A stretch of DNA of 64,000 bases from Selaginella moellendorffii (lineage: Eukaryota; Plantae; Lycopodiophyta). The translations under genes were made by a program, and so were the position numbers. The number at the start of each line of letters is the position of its first letter. The stretch's first letter is position 1. Location of the stretch: positions 523,515 through 587,514 of the forward strand of contig NW_003314346.1 in assembly GCF_000143415.4 (NCBI RefSeq), written 5' to 3'. Positions 61,176 to 64,000 of the stretch are shown piece after piece. Under the pieces are notes generated by a model. That model saw only the letters and a program-made list of their open reading frames with translations. It did no database searches and was not told the DNA's origin.

Positions 61176-63393
61176 ACTCTAACATATTCACAAAATATGG
61201 CAGAAACGGAGTAGTGCCCAAGTGCGCCTGATGGCGGTGTTGGGCCCGAGTCGGGGGGCTAAATCTGATAATGGTGCTACTGGAGGTGTAGCTGAAGCTG
61301 AAAGAGAAGTGGAGCTACCTGAACATATTGTCGACAAGCGCTTCCAAGAGACAGTTTTGAGAACTAAAGAGAAGGCCATTCACACGACTCTGGAGTCTCT
61401 CAAGTGGGAAGGCCCGGGGCACATGATCCGAGAAATCCCACTATGTCGATTCACTCAGACAAGCATCGTTCGGTCTGCTTCACCGCACTTCGTCAACATG
61501 GATATCTATAGTCTGTACAAACAGAATGGCCTTGGGACAAACATAGGTATGTTCCTTGTTTCGGTTTTCAAGCCAGGAACGACAAATACCCTCTCGGTGT
61601 CACCGGAAATCGAGAGGGATTGGGATGACATTTGGAAAATGAAGTCCCGCGAATTTGACATCAAGCTTATGAGCCATCCTGAGACTCAACAATTTGTGGG
61701 GAAAATGTTCTACATTATCGACGGGAATCATCGCTGGTGCGCGTGGATGAAGTGCATCCAAGAATGCTTCCGAGACGATCCTGTCTATCACATCAATGTT
61801 CCGGTTGGACATGTACACGCGAGAGGATCTCTAGATGTGGCAAGGCTTGTAATAGCTTGCCACAAAATTAATGCATAAGTACCTCTCCCTCTTCAATCAC
61901 TTTTAACAATTTGTGTTTTGCAGACTGGGACAGTTTGCAATGCAGAAACAAAGCCTAGTACATGATATTGAGTAGATCCGGTTTCTTGCCAATCTCGACG
62001 AGGATGCAGTCCGCAGCCACTATGGTGATGATTTAGCATCACTTATTTGGCATCAACGAGGTCATCAGGATGCTAGAGTGTTTTGATTTCTCTAAAGACT
62101 ATAACAGCTACTTCCCCTCGCAGGTGACGAAGTCCCATCCCTGGTGTGCTCACTCACTCTAGAATCTCCCTACAAGCTGAATGAAACTTTATAGATGGTA
62201 CAAGAATCCAATGGCTTTTATGACAGCTGTGTGGAGTAAGGTATGTTCTTTTAAGTATACTTCTTATCATAGAATGTTTGTGTTGTCTTCAGCCATTGGT
62301 GAAGATTAAGCAAGATGCATATGCACAGTTGCATCGAGCTGAAAATGATCAAGAACTCTCAGAGCATTTAGCTGCAATTGACAAGAAAATCAACAGCACA
62401 AAGAAGACAAAGCTAAAGAAATTACTTAGTGTGGCTGACCCTCGATGCCCAAAGGAGTGGTTCGATATTATAATAGAGATTGCTTGTCATGAAAGTAAGT
62501 ATTGTTTGTATTTACATGAAGGTTCTCACAAAAGTTAATTTTTAGTGGGCAAAACTCCAGATGAGATTATTTACAACATCTCAAAGTCAAAGCTTATATA
62601 TGAGGAACAGGTACACATTCTGAACGACCTCAATAGCAGACTCAGAGAAGGAGAAAAATGTTTGGACAGTATGATGGAGACTGTGATGAGGAAGACCATC
62701 TATATTTCACAAACTGTATATGAAGGGGAGATGTTTCTAGCGCCTTTCATAGGGGATGATCCTGAGCAACTTCCATTTAAGGACTTCGTCACCATTGAGC
62801 TTACAAAACTCGGAGAGGACTGGCTGCCAAAGAAGGCCACAAGCACGACTCCATTTGATAAACAACTTGGCCAACCTTACTTCATGCATCGAGCAGCTTT
62901 TAGGTAACATACAATTTCTCAACTATACTCAATTATTTATATTCTATTATAAAGCTCTATTTCGTTAAAGTGGGAATTGTCATTATCCCACTTGTAAAAT
63001 AAGGTTTCCAAACCTTTATATAGTATATAAATATAACAAAATTCAACTGCATTGAGGCACATGCCATTTTATTTTAAACAAGGAAATGTCTACTCAATCA
63101 CTTCTCCTCCCCCTGCCACTGCTTCACCTCTCTCTTCTCCTTGTCATCGTCGTCCAATTTCTTTCCATCCTTTTAATATTGGCTCAGTTGCTCCGAGTCT
63201 AGGTGGAGCCCAAGTCCCCATTCAATCTTTACTTTCCCATTATTAATAAAACAACTTCGTAGACTTCCAATAACATGCTGTAACACTTCTAGTATAATGC
63301 AAATCCTCTCAAAGAATTGTCTTTTAATATTAATACAATGGCATGGAACCCCATGCCATAATAAGTTACATTTTTAAATAAATACATGCCATC

Positions 63394-64000
63394 TCAGACT
63401 GTTATTTTTTGCCTCCAACGCCTATACAATAATCTTGGAATTTCATCACTCTCCACACTATCAGGATTTAAACCCAATAGTAATGCCATCTCTTCTCTAA
63501 TACGTCCACGCTCATGTTCAGTGGTCGAAGAACCCATCCGGTTGAGCAGATTATGGAGATGCGGATAGTGCTTGGCTAGACAATATACATGCCATAAATG
63601 ATGACTGGTGTCTGTCCGATCAAATGGCTTCTGATATACCGTTCCATCTGCCATTTGGTTGATTTCTGCAGCCACCTCCTGGACTGGCCGGTTCTCTATC
63701 ACCATCGCTCCAAGCCGTTTTGCAAGGTCCCCCAGAACATACGGTTTCTTCTCCCTAGTTTCCATACTACAAGAGATGGGGTGCACTGCATATGTGTGCG
63801 TGTTCGCTGCAGTTTTAATCGGCGAGTCATCGATGATGAGGATTTCACTTGAGCTAGCAGTCCGGTTCATCACTACAGCCTCTGGCTTGACGAAGATGGG
63901 CTTGCTACCCCTCACATGGACCATAGTCAAGCAATCCTCCTGCGTTAGGAGAAAGTCAAATGGTAATATTACTCGCGTCTGATCGTGCATCATCTGTAGC
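63394..64000 (-). CDS. FCP1/NIF-like HAD phosphatase-homology protein, 3' part only (runs off the window)
   Basis: FDFLLTQEDC, KPIFVK and EILIIDDSPIKTAANTHTYAVHP match the C-terminal NIF motif (LLIDDSPxK..N...AI.P). The DxDxT motif would lie beyond the window. Confidence 0.7.
   Translation of the reverse strand, partial: LQMMHDQTRVILPFDFLLTQEDCLTMVHVRGSKPIFVKPEAVVMNRTASSSEILIIDDSPIKTAANTHTYAVHPISCSMETREKKPYVLGDLAKRLGAMVIENRPVQEVAAEINQMADGTVYQKPFDRTDTSHHLWHVYCLAKHYPHLHNLLNRMGSSTTEHERGRIREEMALLLGLNPDSVESDEIPRLLYRRWRQKITV

Larger units (their letters stand above)
59944..62907 (+). pseudogene. ParB/Sulfiredoxin N-terminal-like domain gene (spliced, with premature stops)
   Basis: Micro-exon ATG CCG CCA AGA|GTAAGT (59944-59955) splices to ttttcag|AAACAG (60838), giving MPPRKQKQ. 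A Pro-rich linker follows, then KMFYIIDGNHRWCAWMKCI and ACHKIN (the ParB/Srx IDGxHR motif). Further exons run to ~62900, with TAG stops at ~60928 and ~61972. Confidence 0.65.

Noticed and set aside
60989-61231. Poly-His protein
   Set aside because: Alternative frame of a (CCA)n tract. The Pro-rich frame connects to the spliced upstream exon.

Overview
Eukaryotic (land-plant) nuclear DNA, most likely the lycophyte Selaginella. This is an inference from the ~50-70 bp introns, the tiny intergenic gaps and PPR genes built almost entirely of 31-aa repeats. Bases 1-21.4 kb are a very compact gene block: PPR, two uL18-like genes, ARL8, PPAN, VTE6, PPR, a coiled-coil protein, a DUF674 protein, FPP synthase, a SPARK-like membrane protein and an RDR. 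From ~21.5 kb the window is repeat-rich. It holds kinase, NPF and strictosidine-synthase-like pseudogenes, one apparently intact NPF7-like transporter, decayed Ty3/gypsy relics, a Ty3 element with three LTRs of two types, a non-coding large LTR element (LARD) with a five-hairpin array, and a 5S-rRNA-bearing Cassandra TRIM. The last ~9.5 kb look like the left part of a large multi-gene Mutator-type DNA transposon: a GCM-DDE-SWIM transposase, a divergent ParB/Srx-domain gene whose 882-bp first intron is packed with GC-rich palindromes, and an FCP1/NIF-like gene. That cassette is the best candidate for an undescribed system. Exon boundaries were read by eye and no database search was run.
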